This document shows positions 1 to 8,337 of a stretch of 37,316 bases of DNA, one piece after another. Numbering within the stretch: the first letter of the stretch is position 1; every line of letters starts with the position of its first letter. Source of the stretch: Nitrospinota bacterium. Its GTDB lineage: Bacteria; UBA8248. The DNA lies in the NCBI GenBank assembly GCA_030754595.1, contig JASLZZ010000131.1:1-37316 (forward strand), given 5' to 3'. The translations under genes were made by a program, and so were the position numbers. The notes beneath the pieces are model-generated. The model did not search any database. It saw only the letters and a program-made list of their open reading frames with translations, and was not told the DNA's origin.

Positions 1-153
1 TAGGTCAGAACAGTACTCTTAACGCGTTCTTGAGCGAGGGTAAATGGGGAATACGATTAGCGGGAAGCAGATTTTTCGTAATATTGTATATAATAAATTT
101 ATAACATAACATAATCTTGTTATTCCATTTGATCTGATCCAGCAAAAAGGAAG

Positions 154-591
154 ATGAAAATGAACAATAAGCTCATAAGACATTTCGTTTGCGTTGGTGT
201 GCTTGTTTTTTCATGTATATTTTGGGCGGGAAACAGCGTTTCTTTTGCTGCCGAATCACTTTCTTATGGAGAAAAAGTCGAAGTCGATCTGTTAAATTTT
301 TCCAGAAAATATGCAAACTTAAAAAGGGTTCAGTTTGATTCTGCCGCTGATGAAGAGATTCGTTCAATAGCTTTTCATGCTTCAAACTCAATAGCGCTTG
401 TCGAGACTTTTGGTAATGTCAGCGAAAGGAAAGAAGCAAAAAACAAAATTGTCGAATTTATCAGCGTATTGGCGGTCGAGCAAAAAAAGAAAGATGGTCA
501 TCCCAAGAGCATCGGTATTGGATTGTTTGAAAAGGTGAGAAAAAACTATTTCTGTGCAGTGTGGCCTTTAAATACTGTTTTTTGTCTATAA
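154..591 (+). CDS. Hypothetical exported protein in an AT-rich segment
   Basis: 145-aa ORF with AAGGAAG upstream and a signal-peptide-like N-terminus (basic residues, hydrophobic stretch, SFA-A); no family recognised. Confidence 0.6.
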   Translation: MKMNNKLIRHFVCVGVLVFSCIFWAGNSVSFAAESLSYGEKVEVDLLNFSRKYANLKRVQFDSAADEEIRSIAFHASNSIALVETFGNVSERKEAKNKIVEFISVLAVEQKKKDGHPKSIGIGLFEKVRKNYFCAVWPLNTVFCL

Positions 592-633
592 AGTCTATAA
601 AATTTTCTTCCCGCGTTGACGAGGAGAATAAAA

Positions 634-984
634 ATGCCAATCGAAATTAATTTGGCGGCCGATTTGATAGGGCATGTTTTGACTTTGTCGTCGGGCATGG
701 TTGCTTTGTCTGTAATCTTTTTCAAGAATTTCCAAGGCGACGAATCGCCCATGCACGTGCCTAAAGTGTTGAAATATTCGTGGGCGCTTCACGGTGTTAC
801 TGTGTTTAGTGCCCTTTTTTCTTTAACGGCTCTTACGAGGTTGTCTGGTTCAATTGGGGATCAAGATGTTGCTATCGTATTAAATCACCCTGCGGTTCCT
901 TGGCCCGCTGTTTTGGTGGTATTCTCTTTTTTTAGCGCTGTTGTAATGACGATTTGGTATGGATGGAAGATTGTTTCTTCTTGA
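634..984 (+). CDS. Hypothetical membrane protein (about 3 TM helices), AT-rich
   Basis: GAGGAG at 621-626 precedes ATG 634; three hydrophobic segments. Confidence 0.6.
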   Translation: MPIEINLAADLIGHVLTLSSGMVALSVIFFKNFQGDESPMHVPKVLKYSWALHGVTVFSALFSLTALTRLSGSIGDQDVAIVLNHPAVPWPAVLVVFSFFSAVVMTIWYGWKIVSS

Positions 985-1003
985 GATTTCTTGAGTACCC
1001 CGG

Positions 1004-2143
1004 ATGAGCGATTCCTACATGGCCCGGCGGCTCAGGAGCGGCCCGCTGGCGGATATTTTCGGGAAGGTGGAGGCGGGCGAGCGGCTTTCGTTCGAGGAGG
1101 GGGTGCGCCTCTACGAGACCCCGGACATCGCCGGCCTCGGCCATATGGCGAATCTGGCCCGCGAGCGGCGGCACGGGGACGCCACCTACTACAACGTCAA
1201 CAGTCACATCAATTATTCGAATGTCTGCGTCCTCTGGAAGGCGTGCAGTTTCTGTGCGTTCGCTCGAAACAAGGGCCAGGGGGGCGCCTACGCGTATTCG
1301 CTCGACGAGATTTTCGAGATGGCGGGGCCCCTCGGCGAGGGGCGCACCGAGTTTCACATGGTCGGCGGGCTCCACCCTGACCTCCCCTTCGATTACTACC
1401 TGGAGATGACCCACGGCATCAAGGAGATTCACCCCCACCTTCATCTCAAGTGCTTCACCGCGACCGAGATCGGATGGCTGGCGGACCGGGTGGCGAAGAT
1501 GAGCGTCGAGGACACCCTGGGCGCGCTCCGCCGCGCGGGCCTCGGCTCGCTCACCGGCGGGGGGGCGGAGATTTTCGCCGAGCCGACGCGCTCTCGGATT
1601 TGCAAGGGAAAGCAATCAGGCGAAGATTGGCTCGAGGTCCACCGGGTCGCGCACGGCATGGGGATTGCGAGCACCTGCACCATGCTCTACGGCCATATCG
1701 AGTCGAACGAGGACCGGGTGGACCACATGCTCCGGCTCAGGGAGCTTCAGGATGAGACCGGCGGCTTCACGGCGTTCATTCCGCTGGCGTTCCACCCCGA
1801 CAACTCGCAGATGGCGGACGTGCCCGGCCCCGGCGGCCTGCTCGACATCCGGAACTACGCCGCCGCGCGCCTCCTCCTCGACAACATCGATCACATCAAG
1901 GCTTACTGGATCATGGTGGGGCTGCCCATCGCGCAGATCAGCCAGCGCTTCGGGGTGGACGACATCGACGGCACGGTGGTTCAGGAGAAGATCTATCACA
2001 TGGCCGGCGCCAGGACGCCCGAGGAGATGGGCGTGGAGGATATCCGCCGGCTCATCGAGGAAGTGGGCCGCCGGCCCGTCGAGCGCGACACGCTCTACCG
2101 CGAGGTGGAGCGCCTGGGAGATACATGGGCGGTCAAGGCCTGA
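1004..2143 (+). CDS. mqnE: Aminofutalosine synthase MqnE (CofH/MqnC/MqnE radical SAM family)
   Basis: Radical SAM motif NYSNVCVLWKACSFCAF, VGGLHP, GGGAEIF, MLYGHIE, HIKAYWIM, DDIDGTVVQEKIYHMAGA, ERDTLY; overlaps mqnA. Confidence 0.9.
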   Translation: MSDSYMARRLRSGPLADIFGKVEAGERLSFEEGVRLYETPDIAGLGHMANLARERRHGDATYYNVNSHINYSNVCVLWKACSFCAFARNKGQGGAYAYSLDEIFEMAGPLGEGRTEFHMVGGLHPDLPFDYYLEMTHGIKEIHPHLHLKCFTATEIGWLADRVAKMSVEDTLGALRRAGLGSLTGGGAEIFAEPTRSRICKGKQSGEDWLEVHRVAHGMGIASTCTMLYGHIESNEDRVDHMLRLRELQDETGGFTAFIPLAFHPDNSQMADVPGPGGLLDIRNYAAARLLLDNIDHIKAYWIMVGLPIAQISQRFGVDDIDGTVVQEKIYHMAGARTPEEMGVEDIRRLIEEVGRRPVERDTLYREVERLGDTWAVKA

Positions 2144-2961
2144 AACTCGGTACGGTTCCTTTCCTGAACGCGAAACCGCTGACTCTCACACTCGAAAACC
2201 GGCCGGACGTCGAGCTCCGAAGCGAGCCTCCGGCCCGGCTTTTGCCCATGCTCGAAAGCGGAGAGCTCGACGGAGCGCTCGTCTCTACGTTCGCGATGTT
2301 CCACCTGCCCGGCGCGCGCTATGTTCCCGGAGTGGGGATCGCCAGCCGGGGCCGCGTCCGGAGCATCCGCCTTTTTTGCCGGAAGCCGCCCGGCGAGCTG
2401 CGCCGCGTCGGGCTCGACGGCTGGTCGCTATCGGCGGCGAACATGACCCGCGTCATCCTCAAGAGAAAATGGGGGGCAGAGCCCGAGTTCGCCACGGTCG
2501 ATCCCCTGCGTCCGCCCCGGGAGGACGAGTCCTTCGACGCCTTCCTTCTCATCGGCGACAACGCCCTGAGGGAAGAGGCGGGCGGGCTCGACGGAGTCGA
2601 TCTGGGCGAGGCGTGGGAGGCGTTCACCGGGCTCCCGTTCCTCTACGCCGTCTGGGTGTTCGGGCCCGGCAGGGGAGACGCCGGCAAGGGAGACGCCGGT
2701 AGAAGTGACGTTGAAACCTGCCGGCTGCTCCGGGAGGCGAAAGAAGAGGGCATGGCCCGCCTCGGGGAGATCATCGCCTCCGCCGGCCGCGATCTCCCCT
2801 ATATCGACGAGGCCGCCGCGCGGGATTACCTGACGAACTGCATTCGCTATGATGTGGGGCCGGGCGAGGAGGCGGGTCTCCGGCGCTATTACGAATACCT
2901 CGCCGAGGACGGCCTCGCCCCCCCGGAGTGGGATGCGGGCCGCGCGAAAATGGAAATATAG
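2125..2961 (+). CDS. mqnA: Chorismate dehydratase MqnA (futalosine pathway)
   Basis: VPFLNAKPL, GIASRGRVRSI, LLIGDNAL, DLGEAW-xx-FTGLPFLYAVW motifs; coupled to mqnE. Confidence 0.88.
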   Translation: MGGQGLKLGTVPFLNAKPLTLTLENRPDVELRSEPPARLLPMLESGELDGALVSTFAMFHLPGARYVPGVGIASRGRVRSIRLFCRKPPGELRRVGLDGWSLSAANMTRVILKRKWGAEPEFATVDPLRPPREDESFDAFLLIGDNALREEAGGLDGVDLGEAWEAFTGLPFLYAVWVFGPGRGDAGKGDAGRSDVETCRLLREAKEEGMARLGEIIASAGRDLPYIDEAAARDYLTNCIRYDVGPGEEAGLRRYYEYLAEDGLAPPEWDAGRAKMEI

Positions 2962-3103
2962 GGGGTGGATTCGCCCGGGGGGATGAGTCCTCCGGCAGTC
3001 GGATATTTTCCGCCTGACCGGTTATCTTCCTCCGGGCCGGTTAAAATCATATTCGAGTGGTTCCGGGTAACCGCGATTCTCGGTAACCGAGGATTTCACG
3101 CGC

Positions 3104-3844
3104 ATGCTGAAAGACGATTTGGTCAGACAGGGCGACTGGCTTTTCCGCTGGCGGGGGTGCGTTCCGCTCCTGATGCTTCCGGTGGTCGTCCTCGGGTTCA
3201 TGGAGTCCAACTATTACGGCGGCGCCGAGGGGATTTACGGCGAGGCATGGAAGGCGCTGTGCTTCATCGTCGCGCTCTTGGGCCTCGCGATTCGCGTCCT
3301 GGTCGTCGGCCGCGCGCCCTTGGGCACCTCGGGGCGCATCACGAAACACCAGAAAGCCTCGCGGCTCAACACGACGGGGCTGTATTCCCTCTGCCGGAAC
3401 CCGCTCTACCTCGGCAACTTTTTCATGAACTTCGGGGTCCTTCTTTTCCTGAACTCTATTTTCGTCCTGGCGATATTCACGCTTTTCTTCTGGCTGTACT
3501 ACGAGCGGATCATCCTGCGCGAGGAGGATTTCCTCGAGGGGAAATTCGGGGACGAATACCGGGCGTGGGCCGGGCGAACGCCGGTGTTCATCCCGAGATT
3601 TTCGAGGTGGATATCGCCCGATCTCCCCTTTTCGTGGCGGACCGTCCTCCGCCGGGAATACACGGGGCTTTTCGCCGTCGTCGCCGCGCTCACGACGATG
3701 GAGCTCGCCGGCGGCCTGCTGACGGAGGGGAAGCTCTCACTCGGAGTGAATTGGCGGGCCGTTTTCGCCTTTGGCCTCGCCGCGTACCTGATCCTCCGCT
3801 CCCTCAAGAAATACACGCGCTTGCTCCACGAGCCCGGAAGATAG
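3104..3844 (+). CDS. Isoprenylcysteine carboxylmethyltransferase (ICMT/PEMT) family membrane methyltransferase, LmtA-like
   Basis: LNTTGLYSLCRNPLYLGN and EEDFLEGKFGDEYRAW-xxx-TP-xFIP motifs; multiple TM segments; the TSGR motif resembles the lipid A 1-phosphate methyltransferase subfamily. Confidence 0.75.
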   Translation: MLKDDLVRQGDWLFRWRGCVPLLMLPVVVLGFMESNYYGGAEGIYGEAWKALCFIVALLGLAIRVLVVGRAPLGTSGRITKHQKASRLNTTGLYSLCRNPLYLGNFFMNFGVLLFLNSIFVLAIFTLFFWLYYERIILREEDFLEGKFGDEYRAWAGRTPVFIPRFSRWISPDLPFSWRTVLRREYTGLFAVVAALTTMELAGGLLTEGKLSLGVNWRAVFAFGLAAYLILRSLKKYTRLLHEPGR

Positions 3845-3904
3845 CCGGACGGAAGGTATACCGGCCCGGCCAACCCCGACATCCCGAAAAAAAGGAGAGC
3901 CTCC

Positions 3905-5326
3905 ATGCCCGACGATGCCCTCTGCTACCTGAGCGCTCCTGAGCTTTCGGAAAAAATTCAGGCGAAAGCGCTCTCCCCGGTGGAAGTCACCGAGGCGTTT
4001 CTACGTCGCATCGAGGCCCTGAACGATAAATACCTCGCCTTCCTGACCGTCACCGGCGACTGGGCGATGGATGCGGCCCGCCAGGCCGAGGCCGAAATCG
4101 CCGCCGGGCGCTCCCTCGGCCCGCTTCACGGCGTCCCCTACGGGGCGAAGGACATCATCGACACCGCCGGGGTCCTCACAACGATGGGCTCGAGTTTCCA
4201 CCGCGACAATGTGCCCGCCGAGGACGCCGAGTGCATCCGCCGCTTAAAGGGCGCGGGTGCGATCATGCTCGGCAAGACCCATACGCACGAGTTCGCCGCC
4301 GCCTCGACCACCATCAACCCCCACTGGGGCACCTGCCGGAATCCCTGGAACCCGGAACGCATCGTCGGCGGATCGAGCGGGGGCTCGGCGGCGGCGGTCG
4401 CGGCGGGGATGATACCGGCGGCGCTGGGCACCGACACCGGCGGCTCGGTGCGCACCCCCGCCGCCTTTTGCGGCATCGTCGGCCTCAAGCCCACCCACGG
4501 ACGGGTGAGCCTCCGGGGCATCTGCCCCAACGTCCTGAGCCTGGACCACTGCGGCCCGATGACCCGCTCCGCGAGGGGCGCCGCCCTGTTCCTGAACGCG
4601 CTGGCGGGTTTCGACGCGATGGACCCAAAAACAAGAAACGTCCCCGTCCCCGACTACACGGCGGACATCGGGCGGGGCGTCAAGGGCTCGCGGATAATCC
4701 TCTGCCCCGACTTTTATTCGAACACCGAGGTGGACGGCGAGATCGCCCAGGCCTTTGTCCATGCCATCGACGTATTCCGCGACCTCGGCGCGAAGGTCGA
4801 GACCGTCTCCTTCCCGGACGCCGGGCGCTTCGGCGAACTGTTTCAGAGTATCGCCGGGCCCGAGTTCGCCGAGTTTCACCGGCCCTTCTACGAAAAAAAT
4901 CCGGATGGCTATGGCGCGGACGTGCGCGAGCGCTACGAGTGGTCGGCCGAGATCCCGCTGGACGATTACGTCCGGGCGATGCGGGAGCGCGTGCTTTTAA
5001 GAAGAGAGGCCGCCGCCTTCCTCAGGGGGGCCGACGCGATGATCATGCCCTCGATTCCCTGCGCCGCGCCGCCCATCGAAACCCTCGCCGCCGAGATCAA
5101 CGGGCGCGGCGTTCGCTTCTACTACCTCCACCGCCCGTTTCTCTCCTGCCACAACATGACGGGCTGCCCCTCGCTGGTCGCGCCGATGGGGCTGAACAGA
5201 CTGGGGCTCCCCCTTTCGCTCAACGTCGTCACCGCCCCCTGGCGGGAGGCCGACGCCCTCCGGGTGGCCCACGCCTACGAGAGCGCGACGCCCGAGATAC
5301 GGGCGCTGAGGCCGCCAATAGATTGA
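3905..5326 (+). CDS. Amidase signature family protein
   Basis: GPLHGVPYGAKD (catalytic Lys), GGSSGGS, GTDTGGSVRTPA; no gatB/gatC nearby, so not called gatA. Confidence 0.9.
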   Translation: MPDDALCYLSAPELSEKIQAKALSPVEVTEAFLRRIEALNDKYLAFLTVTGDWAMDAARQAEAEIAAGRSLGPLHGVPYGAKDIIDTAGVLTTMGSSFHRDNVPAEDAECIRRLKGAGAIMLGKTHTHEFAAASTTINPHWGTCRNPWNPERIVGGSSGGSAAAVAAGMIPAALGTDTGGSVRTPAAFCGIVGLKPTHGRVSLRGICPNVLSLDHCGPMTRSARGAALFLNALAGFDAMDPKTRNVPVPDYTADIGRGVKGSRIILCPDFYSNTEVDGEIAQAFVHAIDVFRDLGAKVETVSFPDAGRFGELFQSIAGPEFAEFHRPFYEKNPDGYGADVRERYEWSAEIPLDDYVRAMRERVLLRREAAAFLRGADAMIMPSIPCAAPPIETLAAEINGRGVRFYYLHRPFLSCHNMTGCPSLVAPMGLNRLGLPLSLNVVTAPWREADALRVAHAYESATPEIRALRPPID

Positions 5327-5385
5327 AGTTCGATTGATGTACGGTTGATGTTCGATAGATTTTTCACCTCATACGGAGACATGAG

Positions 5386-5928
5386 ATGAACGATAAACCC
5401 CTGCTTCACAGCGAGCAGAGCACCGCCCCCGGCGAGCGCAGCATCGACAAGCCCGAGCTTCCCCGGCAGGGCCTTTTGGTCCAGCAGTTCGCCGACACCG
5501 AGGCCCCTCCGGGGTCTCAGCTCAAGATCGGCCGCCACCGGCATTTCGAGGTCTTGTGCGACGAGCCGCCCCACCTCGGCGGCCACGACGAGCACCCTCA
5601 ACCCCTCACCTATATTTGCATGGAGGTGGGTTTCTGACTCCTCACCCAACTCTCGCGGTACGCGAGCATGATGAAAATCGAATACAAGAGCAGCCGGGTG
5701 CGCGTCGAGATGGACTACCAGCTATCGGGCTCGGTCCTCGCCGGGACGGTGAAAAGCGAATGCCTCGAGGCGTGGACGTTTTTCGAGGTTGACTCCGACG
5801 CCCCCGAGGAGCGCGTTGTTGCGCTGATTAAGAACGCCAAGCAGGGCTGTTTCGCCGAGGCCATGATTCAGGTCGCTGTGCCCCTGAAGAGCGAGATTAA
5901 GCTCAACGGGAAGGGGATTGGTCTCTAG
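5386..5928 (+). CDS. OsmC-like selenoprotein (Sec at TGA 5635-5637, codon 84; 180 aa)
   Basis: ORFs 5386-5637 and 5668-5928 are in frame and joined by 10 sense codons, reading DEPPHLGGHDEHPQPLTYICMEVGF-U-LLTQLSRYASMM. The TGA sits at the OsmC/Ohr peroxidatic Cys position (UxxT), the second Cys is retained (KQGCFAE), and a hairpin follows. Confidence 0.85.
5652..5666 (+). promoter_or_regulatory. Candidate bacterial SECIS element of the OsmC-like gene
   Basis: CTCGCG-GTA-CGCGAG: perfect 6-bp stem, apical loop starts with G, 20 nt after the TGA. Confidence 0.7.
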
Positions 5929-6070
5929 ATTCAATTCTCGGGCGCCCTTTTCAGCTATAAATTCGCAATCAACTTCAAATCCGCAGTATATCTGCGCGTG
6001 ATCAAAACCCCGAAATCTGTTTAACTGTTCGCTTCAAGCGAATTCATTCCTTCTTTTTGGGGGGAGAGAA

Positions 6071-7371
6071 ATGCCGTGTGCGTTTTATGCTGAGAGGCTG
6101 TGGCCGTTTTTGAATACTCCTCCTTATTGTCAGTTTGAAGTACCTGAATCAGAACTTTTAAGTATTGATGGAGAATTGTGGTGTGAATATCATGCACCGA
6201 TTGAGAACAAAAACATGGAAAAAATAGAAAAAGGAAGTTGGGATGGAGATGCAATAAAATTTTTAACAAAAAAGTATTAGATTTTACAAATAAAAATAAA
6301 GATCGATGCGATCTTACGGGAGTTATTTACCCTGGAGTAATTACATTTCCCGAAAGAGAATATTCTTTTATTTCTTTTGATCGGACACGTTTTCATGATG
6401 TGGCTTCATTTAACGGGTGTATATTCAAAGCCCATGTCCCTTTTCGAAATGCTGAGTTTAATTGTTCGCATGTATGGTTTAGCAAAGCAAAATTTATTGG
6501 AGGCTCCGCTTTATTTCATTATACTCATTTTAGGGGTGGTGTGTGGTTTGACGGAACAGACTTCTCTGGAGGTGCTGATTTTTCGAACGTGATTTTTTCA
6601 GGTTGGGCGAATTTTTCTGCCTCTCGGGGTTTTGATTCAAATTCTGGTGTGTTTGGTTCAATTTCTTTTGATAACTCAGTTTTTAATAAAGAATCTCCAA
6701 TATATTCTCTTGTCGGTGTTACATTTGAGAATAGAGAATTTCTGCATAGGACGTCGTTTAGAAATTGCACTTTTGAGGAAGCACCTGAATTTCATGGTTG
6801 CACTCTTCATCAAGACACTATTTTTCCAAGTGAAGAATATTTTACAGATATCGAATCCGATGGTGCTGCTTCAGCTTACCGCACACTCAAGCTTGCGATG
6901 GAAAACGCACGGTCTCGTAATGAAGAGGCGATGTTCTATGCGCTGGAACAAAAAAGCCTCAGAAACAGGGATGACACGCCGAGACTCGTTAAGTTTACTT
7001 CCTACCTGTATGAAACCTTTCCGATTACGGGCAGAGCTTCGGGCGGCCGCTCGTTTGGCTGTTGGTGGTAAACGCGCATTTTCTGGGTTTTTACTTTTTC
7101 CTTTCGGCATTCCTGATGGCGGTGATCGCTCCCGAGTCCGGGGAACTTTTCGAGGTGATGAAGTTTTCATTGGGCTTTACTCTCGATCAGTTGTTCCTCC
7201 CCTTTCGGGGAGGGGGGGGAACTGGAGCAGGTAAGAGGGGTTGCCGGGCTAAAGCACGTCTGGGACTACCGGCTGCTCTACCGTCTTATCGGCGCGGTGC
7301 AGTCCATAGGGTCGCTTTCGCTGATTGCCCTTTTCATTCTTGCCCTGCGCCGCCGCTTCAAGATGGATTAA
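6071..7371 (+). pseudogene. Pentapeptide-repeat membrane protein split by three frameshifts (pseudogene or sequencing error)
   Basis: Joining frames at ~6260, ~7020 and the G8 run 7212-7219 gives a Cys/His N-terminus (WCEYH), F-x-x-x-x pentapeptide repeats, AYRTLKLAME, SDYGQSFGRPLVWL and a C-terminal LFILALRRRFKMD-stop. Confidence 0.7.
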
Positions 7372-7454
7372 CCCCCCCCACTGCTTACCTTCATCCAACC
7401 GGAGCGCCCTTGCTCACCCCCCGCGGAAGCGGCTCACCCTCGCCCCGAAGTGGC

Positions 7455-7832
7455 TCAGGCCAGTATCGCGCCGAGTTTACCGAGGACTTCCTCGAGAGTG
7501 GATTTTGGCGCGCGGGCGGCGAAGTCGGCGCGGCGGGAGCGCCAGTCGAGGCGGGCGGGCTGGTCGGAGAGGATGACCCCGGCGACGCCCGCGCCTGTGG
7601 GAAGTGCGACCTCGAAGGGGTAACTCAGGGTCTGGTGGACGATGGGGCAGGCGATGAGGTGGCCGGTCGCCTCATTATAGGCTGTGGGTGATAGGACCAG
7701 GGCCGGGCCGCGCTGTCCGCCGCCCGATCCTCCACTACCGGATCGGGGCCCGAGGCGGCCGTGCCAGGCCGGGGTATCCAGATTCAGGTAGACGATGTCC
7801 CCGCGCCCGGGCGTTACTGTCCCTCTCGCCAC
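7455..7832 (-). CDS. mazF: MazF/PemK-family toxin homologue with a degenerate active site
   Basis: PGRGDIVYLNLD, PALVLSPxxYN, YPFEVAL, GVILSDQ, LDWRSRRA; directly downstream of a mazE-like gene. Confidence 0.8.
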   Translation of the reverse strand: MARGTVTPGRGDIVYLNLDTPAWHGRLGPRSGSGGSGGGQRGPALVLSPTAYNEATGHLIACPIVHQTLSYPFEVALPTGAGVAGVILSDQPARLDWRSRRADFAARAPKSTLEEVLGKLGAILA

Positions 7833-7835
7833 CGT

Positions 7836-8069
7836 CTACCCCGCCCTGCCGCGCCGGAGGGGGCGGGAGATTACTTCACTGTGGAGGTTTTCGGGGGTGA
7901 CCGCCTCGAGCAGCTCATCCAGGGCGTAGCCCGCCTTCCGGATGAGAATGCCCCCCTCACCGGCCACCATCTCGGCCGGGGAGCCTTCCTTGAGCCCGAA
8001 CTGCCCGGCCAGGGCGGCGGGTATCCGGACCGCCAGGCTGTTTCCCCACTTTCCGATCTGCGTGCTCAC
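7836..8069 (-). CDS. mazE: AbrB/MazE/SpoVT-family antitoxin
   Basis: GTG at 8069 gives STQIGKWGNSLAVRIP...YALDELLEAVTPENLHSE, typical of MazE/ChpS. Confidence 0.85.
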   Translation of the reverse strand: MSTQIGKWGNSLAVRIPAALAGQFGLKEGSPAEMVAGEGGILIRKAGYALDELLEAVTPENLHSEVISRPLRRGRAG

Positions 8070-8090
8070 CGAATGTCCCGCCCAAGAAGT

Positions 8091-8120
8091 AAAATATATA
8101 TACAATGTATATACTATTTT
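8091..8120. promoter_or_regulatory. AT-rich palindrome, putative MazE autoregulatory operator
   Basis: AAAATA-TATATACA-A-TGTATATA-C-TATTTT: perfect 8-bp arms (8097-8113) extended by 6 bp with one bulge, 22 nt upstream of the mazE start. Confidence 0.65.
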
Positions 8121-8234
8121 TATCGAACTGAATCAATAAAAAATATATATAACCTGAAAATAACGGCTTACGGATATTTACGCTTAAAAATTACAGTATA
8201 AAATAGAAAAGATAAATTTTGGGGCTGAGAGACT

Positions 8235-8294
8235 CCCTCAGATCGTCCCGGCGGGGCTGGGGTCGAGGGACCCCCTCAGATCGCCCCGGCGGGG
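8235..8294. repeat. Two-copy 22-bp direct repeat
   Basis: CCCTCAGATCGTCCCGGCGGGG (8235-8256) and CCCTCAGATCGCCCCGGCGGGG (8273-8294), one mismatch, 16-nt spacer. Confidence 0.8.
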
Positions 8295-8337
8295 GAGGAC
8301 GGATGGAATAAAATTCCCCTCCGGGGCGGAGCCGGCC

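Noticed and set aside
3905..5326. gatA
   Set aside because: No gatB or gatC is adjacent; only the generic amidase signature is present.
8235..8294. Mini CRISPR array
   Set aside because: Only two repeats, a 16-nt spacer and no cas genes.
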